This document shows positions 20,483 through 29,391 of a stretch of DNA of 64,000 nucleotides, piece by piece. The translations under genes and the position numbers were made by a program. Where the stretch lies: contig CAMDCE010000010.1 in assembly GCA_945889625.1 (NCBI GenBank), positions 10,637 to 74,636 on the forward strand, read 5' to 3'. Positions within the stretch are counted from its first letter, which is position 1. Each line of letters starts with the position of its first letter. This stretch comes from Asaia bogorensis. Its GTDB lineage: Bacteria > Pseudomonadota > Alphaproteobacteria > Reyranellales > Reyranellaceae. The notes below the pieces were generated by a model. The model saw only the letters and a program-made list of their open reading frames with translations, ran no database searches and was not told the DNA's origin.

Positions 20483-20758
20483 TTCGACGTCTCCCCGAGG
20501 GGCCCGCTGTTAAACAAACACAAAAAAAACAGCGGACGGCTCCGCGAGGGATGCGGCCGGGGTATGCGACGTGGTCCAGGAGATGTGTTCCATGAGCCAA
20601 ACCTACACCTGGCGACCTCGGATCGACGACTATGGTCCTTACCGAATTCGCTCGCCGTACCGCTTCGCAACTGCGGGCAAGGCGTTGGAACGCTCCACCA
20701 AGGTGCTTCGGCGCGGGCAACGATCTTGTTGCCGGACCGGCACGCCGCCCCCTTTCCG

Positions 20759-21667
20759 TCAGCCGAACGCGGCGAAGACTTCCTCGATCGCCTTCATCTG
20801 GTTGCCGGCGGCCGAAGACGGCACCAGGATCGGCGTGTGCACACCTGCCGCGCGCCAGGCGGCGACGCCTTCACGCACGCGTCCCGCCGGCCCGAACAGT
20901 GTGTTTTCGGCGAGCCATTTGTCGCTCAGATACTTCGGCACGTCGTCGCGACGGCCCTCGGCAATGGCCTTTTCGATCAAGTCCATTTCCTCGACGTAGC
21001 CCGCCTCTTTCCAATAGTTTCGATAGTTCGGCAGGAACGTGTAGTTGGTGAGCGTCTTTCGGTTCACCGCCCGCGCGGCCTCGACATCGTCGTTGATGCA
21101 GGTCGGGATCATGTTGCCAATGAAGAAGTCCGGAGTGTTCCGCTTGGCCGCGGGCAGCGCGGCCAGCGACTCCGCCATGTGCGACAGGCAGACGTTGGCG
21201 AAGATCACGCCCTCGGCCAGCTCGCCCGACAGCGCCACCATCTTCTTGCGCAGCGCCGCAACCAGGATCGGCGGCAGGGGACCGAACCCGGTCTCGGCGC
21301 GGAGCTTCTCGATGAAGGCGCGCGTGTCGGCCAACGGCTTGCCCGGCGTGACGCCCATGCGCACATAGGACGGGCCGTGCGCAATGCCGATGCCGAGGCG
21401 AAACCGTCCGCCCGAGACCTCGTGCATCATCGCAGCGCTCTGCGCGAAATCGACGATGGTACGCTGGTAGATCGGCGCGATGGCGGTGCCAAACGTGACC
21501 GAGGCGGTGTTCCACGACAGCGCCTCGCAGGTCGACATGCCGCCGGTCGGGCTCGGCACGTAGATCCCGGCGAAGCCGCGCCGCTCGGCCTCCTGCGCCA
21601 ACTCGATGGTGTGGCGGCGGCGGCCGGGCATGGCGATCAGGCACAAGGCGGGAAGTGGTTCGGACAT
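20759..21667 (-). CDS. LLM class flavin-dependent oxidoreductase
   Basis: AQEAERRGF, FGTAIAPIY, SGGRFRLGIG, PPILVAALRKKM; start ATG 21667. Confidence 0.88.
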   Translation of the reverse strand: MSEPLPALCLIAMPGRRRHTIELAQEAERRGFAGIYVPSPTGGMSTCEALSWNTASVTFGTAIAPIYQRTIVDFAQSAAMMHEVSGGRFRLGIGIAHGPSYVRMGVTPGKPLADTRAFIEKLRAETGFGPLPPILVAALRKKMVALSGELAEGVIFANVCLSHMAESLAALPAAKRNTPDFFIGNMIPTCINDDVEAARAVNRKTLTNYTFLPNYRNYWKEAGYVEEMDLIEKAIAEGRRDDVPKYLSDKWLAENTLFGPAGRVREGVAAWRAAGVHTPILVPSSAAGNQMKAIEEVFAAFG

Positions 21668-21698
21668 CGGGATGTTTCCTTCGGAAGGCCGGAGACAA

Positions 21699-21844
21699 CT
21701 AGAGCATATTCCGTCCGACTGAGGCGCGTAAACGCGCCGCGATCGGCTGGACGGAATATGCCCTACCAATTATGACGGACTGGCCAATGCGTTTCCGATC
21801 GGATGGAACCGCACGCGGTTCTATCCGATCGGAAGCCGCTCTAG
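21699..21844 (+). mobile_element. 146-bp miniature inverted-repeat element, CTAGAGC...GCTCTAG (Bru-RS-like), copy E1
   Basis: Terminal inverted repeat; two internal hairpins; colinear homolog at 29247-29391. Confidence 0.75.
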
Positions 21845-22341
21845 CGTGGCGCGAACTTGTAGCGGAAGGTGCAGCTCGGCGCGCCCTGCATGATCGTCTG
21901 GGCGCGGTCGAGGCTGACCTCGCCCTCGCCGGTCGCCGCGATGTCGAAATCGGCCTGGCAGATCAGCAGCGCACCGAGCTCGGGTTCGCCCAGCGAACGG
22001 AAGAAATCGGCGAAGCGGCAGCGCGTCACGTCCATGTCGAGCGCCTCCTTGTCCTGGCGCAGGACCTTGACCTCGACCTCCCTGCCCGAGACCTCGCCCC
22101 AGACGTCCTGGATGGTCGCCCATTTGCGCCGCGGGCTACCCTCGATGCCGTCGCCGATGGCGGCGAACAGCTGCTTGGACCAGTCGCGCAGGGCCTGCTT
22201 GACGATGGCGTCGGCCTTGTCCCTTCCCACCTCGGCCCGCAGCGCGTGAAGCACCGGCACCAGGACCTGGGCCTGCATCCGCGTCTTGTCGAGGAGGGAT
22301 ACCTCGGGGTCCACCAGATAGTCGTCGATGACGCTGGTCAT
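21841..22341 (-). CDS. L-2-amino-thiazoline-4-carboxylate hydrolase-like (ATC_hydrolase) protein
   Basis: DVTRCRFADFF...LGALLICQADF...RAQTIMQGAPSCTFRY. Confidence 0.8.
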   Translation of the reverse strand: MTSVIDDYLVDPEVSLLDKTRMQAQVLVPVLHALRAEVGRDKADAIVKQALRDWSKQLFAAIGDGIEGSPRRKWATIQDVWGEVSGREVEVKVLRQDKEALDMDVTRCRFADFFRSLGEPELGALLICQADFDIAATGEGEVSLDRAQTIMQGAPSCTFRYKFAPR

Positions 22342-22424
22342 TCTTTTCTCTCGGGCAATCGGCCGCTAGGCGACAGCAGATGCTGTGCTAAGATTATCGC
22401 AATAAATAGGAATGGGAGGAAACG

Positions 22425-23636
22425 ATGCAATACATGAAGGCCGCCGTTGCGGCGTTGCTATCCTGCTGCCTGCTCGGCGGCACGGCGCAGGCCCAGAACA
22501 ACGCCGTGAAGATCGGCGTGCTCGACGACATGGCCGGCCTCTACGCCGACAACACCGGCCCGGGCGACGTCGCCTCGGTCAAGTTCGCCATCGCCGACTT
22601 CGGCGGCTCGGTGCTGGGCAAGCCGATCGAGCTGGTGACCGCCGATTTCCAGAACAAGGTCGATGTCGGCGCCGGCATCGCCAAGCGCTGGTACGACGAA
22701 GAGAACGTCGACATGATCCTCGGCATTCCCAACTCGGCGCTGGCGCTGGCGCTCGTGAGGGTGGCCGAGGAGAAGAACCGCATCGTCATGCCGACCGCGG
22801 CGGCGACATCGGAGCTGACTGGCAAGTCCTGCAGCTCGCACAGCGTCCATTGGATCTACGACACCTACGGCCAGGGCAAGACCATCGTCAATGCGCTGAG
22901 CAAGATGGGCGGCGATACCTGGTTCTTCATCACCGTGGACTACGCCTTCGGCCTGGCGGTCGAAGCCGATGCCACCGCCTTCATCAAGGCGGCAGGCGGC
23001 AAGGTGCTGGGCTCGGTCCGCCATCCGCTGAACACGGCCGACTTCTCCTCCTATGTCCTGCAGGCACAGGCCTCCAAGGCAAAGGGGCTGATGTTCGCCA
23101 ATGGCGGCGGCGACATCATCAACGGCATCAAGCAGGCCTCCGAGTTCGGCCTCATGAAGCAGGGCATGCGGGTCAGCGCACCGCTGGCGCAGTTCCCCGA
23201 CCTTCACGGCATCGGGCTGAAGATCGCCCAGGGTACGATGATCTCGAGCCCGTTCTACTACGACATGACTCCGGAGGCGCGCACCTTCACCGACCGCTTC
23301 ACTAAGGAGAGGGGCCGGCCGCCCTCCTTCATCCAGGCCGGAACCTACGGCGCCGCGCTACACTACCTGAAGGCCGTACAGGCCGCCGGCACCGACGAGG
23401 CCAAGGCCGTGATGGCCCAGATGAAGAAGCTGCCGATCAACGACTTCATGACCAAGAACGGCAGCGTTCGCGCCGACGGCCGCGTCATCCGCGACATGTA
23501 CCTCATGCAGGCCAAGACGCCCGAGGAGTCGAAGGGCGGCTGGGATCTGGTGAAGATGGTCGCCACGGTGCCGGGCAAGGACGCCTTCCGGCCGATGGAA
23601 GACGGCGGCTGCCCGCTGGTCGCCAAGAAGCAGTAG
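22425..23636 (+). CDS. ABC transporter substrate-binding protein (branched-chain amino acid/periplasmic binding protein type 1 family)
   Basis: Signal peptide; KIGVLDDMAGLYAD, ADFQNKVD, ITVDYAFG, RADGRVIRDMY. Confidence 0.9.
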   Translation: MQYMKAAVAALLSCCLLGGTAQAQNNAVKIGVLDDMAGLYADNTGPGDVASVKFAIADFGGSVLGKPIELVTADFQNKVDVGAGIAKRWYDEENVDMILGIPNSALALALVRVAEEKNRIVMPTAAATSELTGKSCSSHSVHWIYDTYGQGKTIVNALSKMGGDTWFFITVDYAFGLAVEADATAFIKAAGGKVLGSVRHPLNTADFSSYVLQAQASKAKGLMFANGGGDIINGIKQASEFGLMKQGMRVSAPLAQFPDLHGIGLKIAQGTMISSPFYYDMTPEARTFTDRFTKERGRPPSFIQAGTYGAALHYLKAVQAAGTDEAKAVMAQMKKLPINDFMTKNGSVRADGRVIRDMYLMQAKTPEESKGGWDLVKMVATVPGKDAFRPMEDGGCPLVAKKQ

Positions 23637-23672
23637 TTCCCGGTTCCGGTTGCTGCTCGCTTCAAATGACGG

Positions 23673-23755
23673 TGTCAGCCCGAGTCGCGCGGGGTAGCCC
23701 GCACGCCTAAGCGAGGGATCTTTACTGCGGCCTGAAGGATCCCTCGGCTGCGCCC
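23673..23755. repeat. degenerate REP-like repeat (copy D)
   Basis: TGTCAGCCCGAG...GCGAGGGATCTT (23711-23722) / AAGGATCCCTCG (23735-23746). Confidence 0.55.
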
Positions 23756-23770
23756 TTGAAGATGTTGCGG

Positions 23771-23927
23771 CTAAAGCGCGATGACTTTCACTCGAGCGGA
23801 TGGGCTTTGCCCATCCTCTATCGCGCCGTCGGCCGGGCTCGTGCACCGCTCAGGCGCGATGGCCAACCATCGCGCTACAGCTGCGGGAGCCGGGTCGACG
23901 GCTGAAGCAAAAGGCATCGCGCTGTAG
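23771..23927. mobile_element. 157-bp CTAnAGCGCGATG-ended miniature element with an internal REP hairpin
   Basis: CTAAAGCGCGATG...CATCGCGCTGTAG (12/13 inverted match); inner GGATGGGC-TTT-GCCCATCC (23798-23816). Confidence 0.6.
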
Positions 23928-23979
23928 CTCACCGCATCATCGCAACCAAGCACGACTGGAGATCAGTCCGGAGGAACAG

Positions 23980-24549
23980 ATGAATGGCCGGCCGCCGCGA
24001 ATAGCGCCGCTCAAGCGTGAGGACGCCGCACCGCAGGTTGAGGTGATGTACAGGCGCATGGATGCGATGGGCAATCCGCCCCCCAACATGCACCTGACAT
24101 TTGGCAAGAACGCCGGCCTCTACGAAAAATGGCTTCCCTTTGCGACATACATCATTCCCGCTTCATCGCTCGGGCACAGGGATCGCCAGATCCTGATTCT
24201 GAGAAGCGCGTTCAGGTGGCGTTGCGGATACGTCTGGTCGCAGCACGTCGAAATATCCAAGTACTTTGCCGCGCTTTCGGGCGACGAAATCGCCGCGCTC
24301 TGCAGCGACGGCGCAGATGAGCTTTGGTCTCGTGAAGAGCGCGCCTTGATCGCAGCCGTCGACGAAACAAGGGCGGCTGGAGAAATTTCCGACCCGGTCT
24401 GGAGCGTCCTGGCGGGCCGCTACGGCGAGGACCAATTGCTCGATCTCGTCTTTACGATCGGCCAGTATTCGTTGATCTCGACGGCGCTCAGAAGCCTGAG
24501 GGTGCAACTCGATGCCGGGCTGAGCTTGCCGAGCTGGGCGGCAACCTGA
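23980..24549 (+). CDS. carboxymuconolactone decarboxylase/AhpD-like protein
   Basis: MNGRPPRIAPL, RDRQILILR...CGYVWSQH, EDQLLDLVFTIGQY; GGAGG RBS. Confidence 0.8.
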   Translation: MNGRPPRIAPLKREDAAPQVEVMYRRMDAMGNPPPNMHLTFGKNAGLYEKWLPFATYIIPASSLGHRDRQILILRSAFRWRCGYVWSQHVEISKYFAALSGDEIAALCSDGADELWSREERALIAAVDETRAAGEISDPVWSVLAGRYGEDQLLDLVFTIGQYSLISTALRSLRVQLDAGLSLPSWAAT

Positions 24550-24609
24550 ACCAGACGTCAGGTCCCGCCTGGTTCCGGTCCTCGATCAGGCCGCGGCAGA
24601 TTGTCGACA

Positions 24610-25899
24610 TCAGTCGTCGAGCGCATCTTCGAGAGTGCGCAGGCCCGGCCGCTTGGCCGAGACCAGCACCGCCATGTTGCCGGGCTTGTGCTGGTTCTTC
24701 CACATCTTGGTGTGGGCCTTGGGAATGTCGGCCCAGTCGAAGACCTCGCTCATGCAGGGATCGATGCGGCGCTCGATCACCAGCTGGTTGGCCTGGCTCG
24801 CCTGCAGCAGGTTGGCGAAGTGGCTGCCCTGGATGCGCTTCTGGCGCATCCACACGAAGCGCGCGTCCATAGTGAGGTTGTAGCCGGTGGTGCCGGCGCA
24901 GAACACCACCATGCCGCCGCGCTTTACGATGTTGCACGACACCGGGAAGGTCTGCTCGCCGGGATGCTCGAAGACGAAATCGACGTCGTTGCCCTTGCCG
25001 GTGATCTCCCAGATGGCGGCGCCGAACTTGCGCACCTTCTTCATGTACTCGGCGTAGGTCTTCTGGTCGTCGACGTCGGGCAGCTGGCCCCAGCACTCGA
25101 AGTCGTTGCGGTTGACGACCCCCTTGGCGCCGAGCGACATCACGAAGTCCTTCTTCGACGGATCGGAAATGACGCCGATGGCGTTGGCGCCCGCCGTGGC
25201 GATGAGCTGGACGGCCATCGAACCGATGCCGCCCGCCGCACCCCACACCAGCACGTTGTGGCCGGGCCGCAGGATGTGCGGGCGGTGGCCGAACAGCATG
25301 CGATAGGCGGTGGCGAGTGTCAGCGTGTACGACGCGCTCTCCTCCCATGTGAGATGCTGGGCGCGCTTCATCAATTGGCGCGCCTGGACCTTGCAGAATT
25401 GCGCGAAGCTGCCGTCTGGCGTCTCGTAGCCCCAGATGCGCTGGCTGGTTGAGAACATCGGATCGCCGCCGTTGCACTCCTCGTCGTCGCCGTCGTCCTG
25501 GTTACAGTGGACCACAACCTCGTCGCCGACCTTCCAGCGCTTCACCTTGGCGCCGATCGCCCAGACGATGCCGGCGGCGTCGGAACCCGCGATGTGGAAC
25601 GGCTGCTTGTGCACGTCGAAGGGGCTGATCGGCAGGCCAAGCCCCGCCCAGACGCCGTTGTAGTTGACGCCGGCCGCCATCACGAGGACCAGCACCTCGT
25701 CCTCGCCGATCGCATGGGTCGGCACGACCTCGAGCTGCATGGACTGTTCGGGCGGACCGTGACGGTCGCGCCGGATGACCCAGGCATACATGTTCTTCGG
25801 CACGTGCCCGAGCGGCGGAATTTCGCCGACCTCGTACAGATCCTTCTTCGGCTGATTGGCCGTCGGATGCGGACGCGCCGCGAAAGCGACAACGGACAT
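24610..25899 (-). CDS. ccr: crotonyl-CoA carboxylase/reductase
   Basis: KKDLYEVGEIPPLGHVPK, MAAGVNYNGVWA, QRIWGYETPDGSFAQF, FEHPG, RIQGSHFA. Confidence 0.96.
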   Translation of the reverse strand: MSVVAFAARPHPTANQPKKDLYEVGEIPPLGHVPKNMYAWVIRRDRHGPPEQSMQLEVVPTHAIGEDEVLVLVMAAGVNYNGVWAGLGLPISPFDVHKQPFHIAGSDAAGIVWAIGAKVKRWKVGDEVVVHCNQDDGDDEECNGGDPMFSTSQRIWGYETPDGSFAQFCKVQARQLMKRAQHLTWEESASYTLTLATAYRMLFGHRPHILRPGHNVLVWGAAGGIGSMAVQLIATAGANAIGVISDPSKKDFVMSLGAKGVVNRNDFECWGQLPDVDDQKTYAEYMKKVRKFGAAIWEITGKGNDVDFVFEHPGEQTFPVSCNIVKRGGMVVFCAGTTGYNLTMDARFVWMRQKRIQGSHFANLLQASQANQLVIERRIDPCMSEVFDWADIPKAHTKMWKNQHKPGNMAVLVSAKRPGLRTLEDALDD

Positions 25900-25912
25900 G
25901 GGCAAAGCCTCC

Positions 25913-25960
25913 TGCAATGCAGCGAAACTATTGCTGCGAGAGCGAGAGTGCAATGCACAA
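25913..25960 (-). promoter_or_regulatory. ccr promoter flanked by two PhaR-type boxes
   Basis: Minus strand TTGCAC (25953-25948)-N17-TAGTTT (25930-25925); TGCAATGCACAA (25949-25960, perfect) and TGCAATGCAGCG (25913-25924, 11/12). Confidence 0.65.
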
Positions 25961-26064
25961 AATACGAATCGGAACGAATGATGCAGGGGAAAAACAATAA
26001 AATTACCCGCGACCTGCGAAAGTCCCACATTGCACGCCTGTTTGAACCGGGGCACCTTCGCCCC

Positions 26065-26084
26065 AGGTAAACGCTCGTTTACCT
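26065..26084. promoter_or_regulatory. palindromic operator candidate
   Basis: AGGTAAACG-CT-CGTTTACCT, a perfect 9-bp inverted repeat 30 bp before ATG 26115. Confidence 0.55.
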
Positions 26085-26114
26085 AAAGCGGTGCGAGTCC
26101 AGGGAGGACGCAGC

Positions 26115-27389
26115 ATGAAGCTCATGTGGTTTCACTTGATGCCGTACACGGAGCTTCCTGACGACTTCAACAAGAAGCATCCCTCGGTGTGGGTCGACAT
26201 CCATTCGTCGCTGTTCGACCCACGCCGGGCGCACCACATGTACAACGACTTCATGGATGAGCTCGAATACGCAGCCGAGGTCGGCTTCGACGCGGTCTGC
26301 GTGAACGAGCACCATTCCAACGGCTACGGGCTGATGCCCTCGCCCAACCTGATTGCCGCGTCGCTCGCCCGTCGCACCACCGACACCGCGCTCTGCGTCA
26401 TGGGCAATTCGCTGGCGCTCTACAATCCGCCGACGCGCGTCGCCGAAGAATTCGCCATGATCGACTGCATCTCGGGTGGCCGGCTGATTGCCGGCTTCCC
26501 GGTCGGCTCGCCGATGGACACCTGCTACGCCTACGGCCAGAACCCCAGCAGTTTGCGCGAGCGCTATCTCGAAGCCCATGACCTCGTGAAAAGGGCGTGG
26601 ACCGAGAAGGACACCTTCGCCTTCTCCGGCCGCTTCAACCAGCAACGCTACGTCAACATCTGGCCACGGCCGATCCAGAACGATCCGCATCCACCGATCT
26701 GGATCCCGGGCGGCGGCTCGATCGAGACATGGCGGTGGTGCGCGGAGATGGACTACGTCTACTGCTACCTCTCCTACTACGGCTACAAGGCCGGTCTGAC
26801 GACGATGAACGGCTTCTGGAACGAGATGGCCAAGCTCGGCAAGGACCGCAATCCCTATCGCGCGGGCTTCCTGCAGTTCGTCGGCGTCGCCGAAAGCCGC
26901 CAGCAGGCGCTCGACCTCTATAGCGAGCCGGCGGAGTATTTCTACGGCCGCTGCCTGCACGTCGATCCGCGCTTCGCCCTGCCGCCCGGCTACACCACCG
27001 AGGCCACGCAGCGCGCCGGCATCGAGGGCATGATGACCAAGGCGGCCAACCTCGCCAATCCCGCGACCAAGGCGGCACTGAAGGCCACCAACATGAAGGA
27101 CATCGTCGACGGCGGTTACGTCATCATCGGCTCGCCCGACGAAGTCGCCGAGCAGGTCCGCCACGTGGCGACGAGTCTCAACGTCGGCCATCTCATGCTG
27201 CTGCTGCAGTTCGGCAACATGAGCAAGGACACCACCAAGTACAACACTCGCCTGTTCGCCGAGAAGGTGATGCCCAAGGTCAAGGACCTGTTCGGCGACT
27301 GGGAAGACAAGTGGTGGCCCAAACCCATGGCCAAGGGCCAGCGCGCCTCGGTCCCGGCCTTCCGCCCGCACGCCGCCGCCGCGGAGTAA
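26115..27389 (+). CDS. LLM class flavin-dependent oxidoreductase
   Basis: GFDAVCVNEHHSNGYGLMPSPN, PTRVAEEFAMIDCISGGRLIAG, PPIWIPG; GGGAGG RBS. Confidence 0.9.
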   Translation: MKLMWFHLMPYTELPDDFNKKHPSVWVDIHSSLFDPRRAHHMYNDFMDELEYAAEVGFDAVCVNEHHSNGYGLMPSPNLIAASLARRTTDTALCVMGNSLALYNPPTRVAEEFAMIDCISGGRLIAGFPVGSPMDTCYAYGQNPSSLRERYLEAHDLVKRAWTEKDTFAFSGRFNQQRYVNIWPRPIQNDPHPPIWIPGGGSIETWRWCAEMDYVYCYLSYYGYKAGLTTMNGFWNEMAKLGKDRNPYRAGFLQFVGVAESRQQALDLYSEPAEYFYGRCLHVDPRFALPPGYTTEATQRAGIEGMMTKAANLANPATKAALKATNMKDIVDGGYVIIGSPDEVAEQVRHVATSLNVGHLMLLLQFGNMSKDTTKYNTRLFAEKVMPKVKDLFGDWEDKWWPKPMAKGQRASVPAFRPHAAAAE

Positions 27390-27393
27390 TCCC

Positions 27394-28185
27394 TTGCCCG
27401 ATCATTTGTCTGGTCCGAAGACCACAACCGTCGAGGTCAACGGTTTTGCCTGCCGCGTCTGGACCAAAGGCCAAGGACCCAAGCTCGGCTTTCTCGCCGG
27501 GTTGGGCGGCCTGCCACGCTGGCTGCCCTTCCTCGACGAACTGGCAAAGACACGCACCGTGATCGCGCCGTCGCTGCCCGGCTATCCCGGCGGCAGCGGC
27601 CATGCCGTGCTCGACAGCCATCTCGACTGGGTGCTGGCGGTGCGCCAGCTGATCGACAAGGCAGGCCTCAGCGGCGCCGATCTCGTCGGCGCCTCGGTGG
27701 GCGGCGCGTTCGCCGCCGAAATGGCGGCAATCTTCCCCGGCCAGGTCGCCAGGCTGGTGCTGATCGCGCCATTCGGTCTGTTCGACGAGGCCGAGCCCGC
27801 CGCCGATCCGTGGGCCCAGCGCAAGGACAAGGTCGCCGGCCTGATGTGCGCCGACGGCGGCCACTGGGAGGCGATGGTAGCCGTACCCGAGGGCGCCAAT
27901 TCGGTCGAATGGCCAATCGAGATGACGCGCGCCTCGGAGGCCGCCGCCCGCGCCTTCTGGCCGCTCGGCAACACCAAGCTTGAAAAGCGCCTCGGCCTGA
28001 TTGCAGCGCCCACCCTCATCCTGTGGGGCGACCGCGATGCCGTGCTGCCGCCGAGCTATGCCAGGAAGTTCGCCGCCGCCATCACCGGTACGGCGCAGGT
28101 CGAAACGATCGCGGGCGCCGGCCATCTGGCCTATCTCGACCGGCCAGAATCAGTGGCCAGGGCCGTCCTCGCTCATCTGACCTGA
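27394..28185 (+). CDS. alpha/beta fold hydrolase
   Basis: GASVG nucleophile elbow, WGDRD, AGHL; TTG start 4 bp after the LLM stop. Confidence 0.88.
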   Translation: MPDHLSGPKTTTVEVNGFACRVWTKGQGPKLGFLAGLGGLPRWLPFLDELAKTRTVIAPSLPGYPGGSGHAVLDSHLDWVLAVRQLIDKAGLSGADLVGASVGGAFAAEMAAIFPGQVARLVLIAPFGLFDEAEPAADPWAQRKDKVAGLMCADGGHWEAMVAVPEGANSVEWPIEMTRASEAAARAFWPLGNTKLEKRLGLIAAPTLILWGDRDAVLPPSYARKFAAAITGTAQVETIAGAGHLAYLDRPESVARAVLAHLT

Positions 28186-28282
28186 GAAATCCGCCGATCC
28201 TTCGAGGTTGCCGATGGATGTTGCAAGGCCGAGCCGGATCGCTATTGTCCGGCGCGTCAGAATTTCACGAGGGTACAGGCCG

Positions 28283-28885
28283 ATGACACTCCGTTCGATC
28301 AAGTGCGCCGCAGGCTTTTCGATGTTCGCGGCAATGCTGGCAGTGGGCATCAGCCTGCCTGTGCAGTCGTCGTCGGCACAGGGGGCCGCCGTCCAGGCGG
28401 TGCCGCGGGCGGGCGTTTCCTTCGCCAATACGGTGACGGTTCGCGCCAAGGTCGAGTCGATCGACGTCGAAACTCGCACGATGGCCTTCACCACGCAGGC
28501 CGGGCGGCTGGTCAGCCTTGCCGTGGCCGACAGTGTGCGCAATCTCGACAACATCCAGGACGATGCCCTCGTCGATGTTACCTACAACGAAGTCGTCACA
28601 CTCCTGAACCTGCGCCAGAAGGGCCCGGGCTCGCAAACCGCGCGCAAGGAGTCGGCCAGTCCGACCATGACCGACATCGAAGCGGGACGATTTACGCTGA
28701 CCGTGACGGCCGTCGATCTCGCCGCCAACAAGGTGTCGGTCATCGATGGCCGCGGCGGTGCGGTGCAGACCTACTCGGCGAACTCGATCGCCAAGCAGGA
28801 CATGCTGAAGAAGATCAAGGTTGGCGACGTGGTGATCGGGCTGACGACGCCGCTCACCGTCACGGCGATCTCGCCCGTCAAGTAG
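28283..28885 (+). CDS. hypothetical secreted protein with two beta-barrel-like repeats
   Basis: Signal peptide; KVESIDVETRT / TVTAVDLAANK and NIQDDALV / KIKVGDVV internal repeat. Confidence 0.65.
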   Translation: MTLRSIKCAAGFSMFAAMLAVGISLPVQSSSAQGAAVQAVPRAGVSFANTVTVRAKVESIDVETRTMAFTTQAGRLVSLAVADSVRNLDNIQDDALVDVTYNEVVTLLNLRQKGPGSQTARKESASPTMTDIEAGRFTLTVTAVDLAANKVSVIDGRGGAVQTYSANSIAKQDMLKKIKVGDVVIGLTTPLTVTAISPVK

Positions 28886-28928
28886 CCGCTCAGGCGCGTC
28901 GGCCGCTTTTGCCCTCCGGGCAAAACGG

Positions 28929-29216
28929 CTACTTGATCTCCACGTCCTCCCAGAAGCCGATCCAGTGATCGACCGCCTTCATCTTGGGTTGCGGCGCCAG
29001 GTAGGACCACGCCGCCCGCGGGCTGCGCGCATCGCCTTCGATGACGTCGTAGAACTGCACGCCGTGCGGGCACTTGAGATCGTTCTCGGTCTTCGGCGTC
29101 AGCTTGAGCAGGTCCATGCGCACGGTGTCGCGCGGAAAATAGACATAGCCGCCGACCTCGAGGGTCTTGTCGCTCCTGGCGATCACCTGGCCGTGCCAGG
29201 TTGCGGTGTGAGTCAT
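28929..29216 (-). CDS. DUF427 domain protein
   Basis: ATWHGQVIARSD, YVYFPRDTV, AAWSYLAP, WIGFW. Confidence 0.85.
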   Translation of the reverse strand: MTHTATWHGQVIARSDKTLEVGGYVYFPRDTVRMDLLKLTPKTENDLKCPHGVQFYDVIEGDARSPRAAWSYLAPQPKMKAVDHWIGFWEDVEIK

Positions 29217-29246
29217 CGATAGGGTCCTCCGAGCTGCCGGTCGAGC

Positions 29247-29391
29247 CTATAGCGGCTTCCGCTCAGATGGAACCGCGTCGCGGTTCCATCTGAGCGGAAA
29301 TGCGTTGCGGCAAGCGTCTCTTTTGTCGGCATAGTCCGTCCGGCTGATCGCGGCGCACTTACGCGCCCTAGCCGGACGGACCATGCTCTAA
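29247..29391 (-). mobile_element. 145-bp miniature inverted-repeat element, copy E2
   Basis: Reverse complement TTAGAGCATGGTCCGTCC...GGAAGCCGCTATAG is colinear with 21699-21844. Confidence 0.75.

Noticed and set aside
20571-20758. Plus-strand ORF MSQTYTWRPRIDDYGPY... with a GGAG upstream
   Set aside because: No recognisable motif, and it runs 240 bp antisense into the LLM gene without a stop
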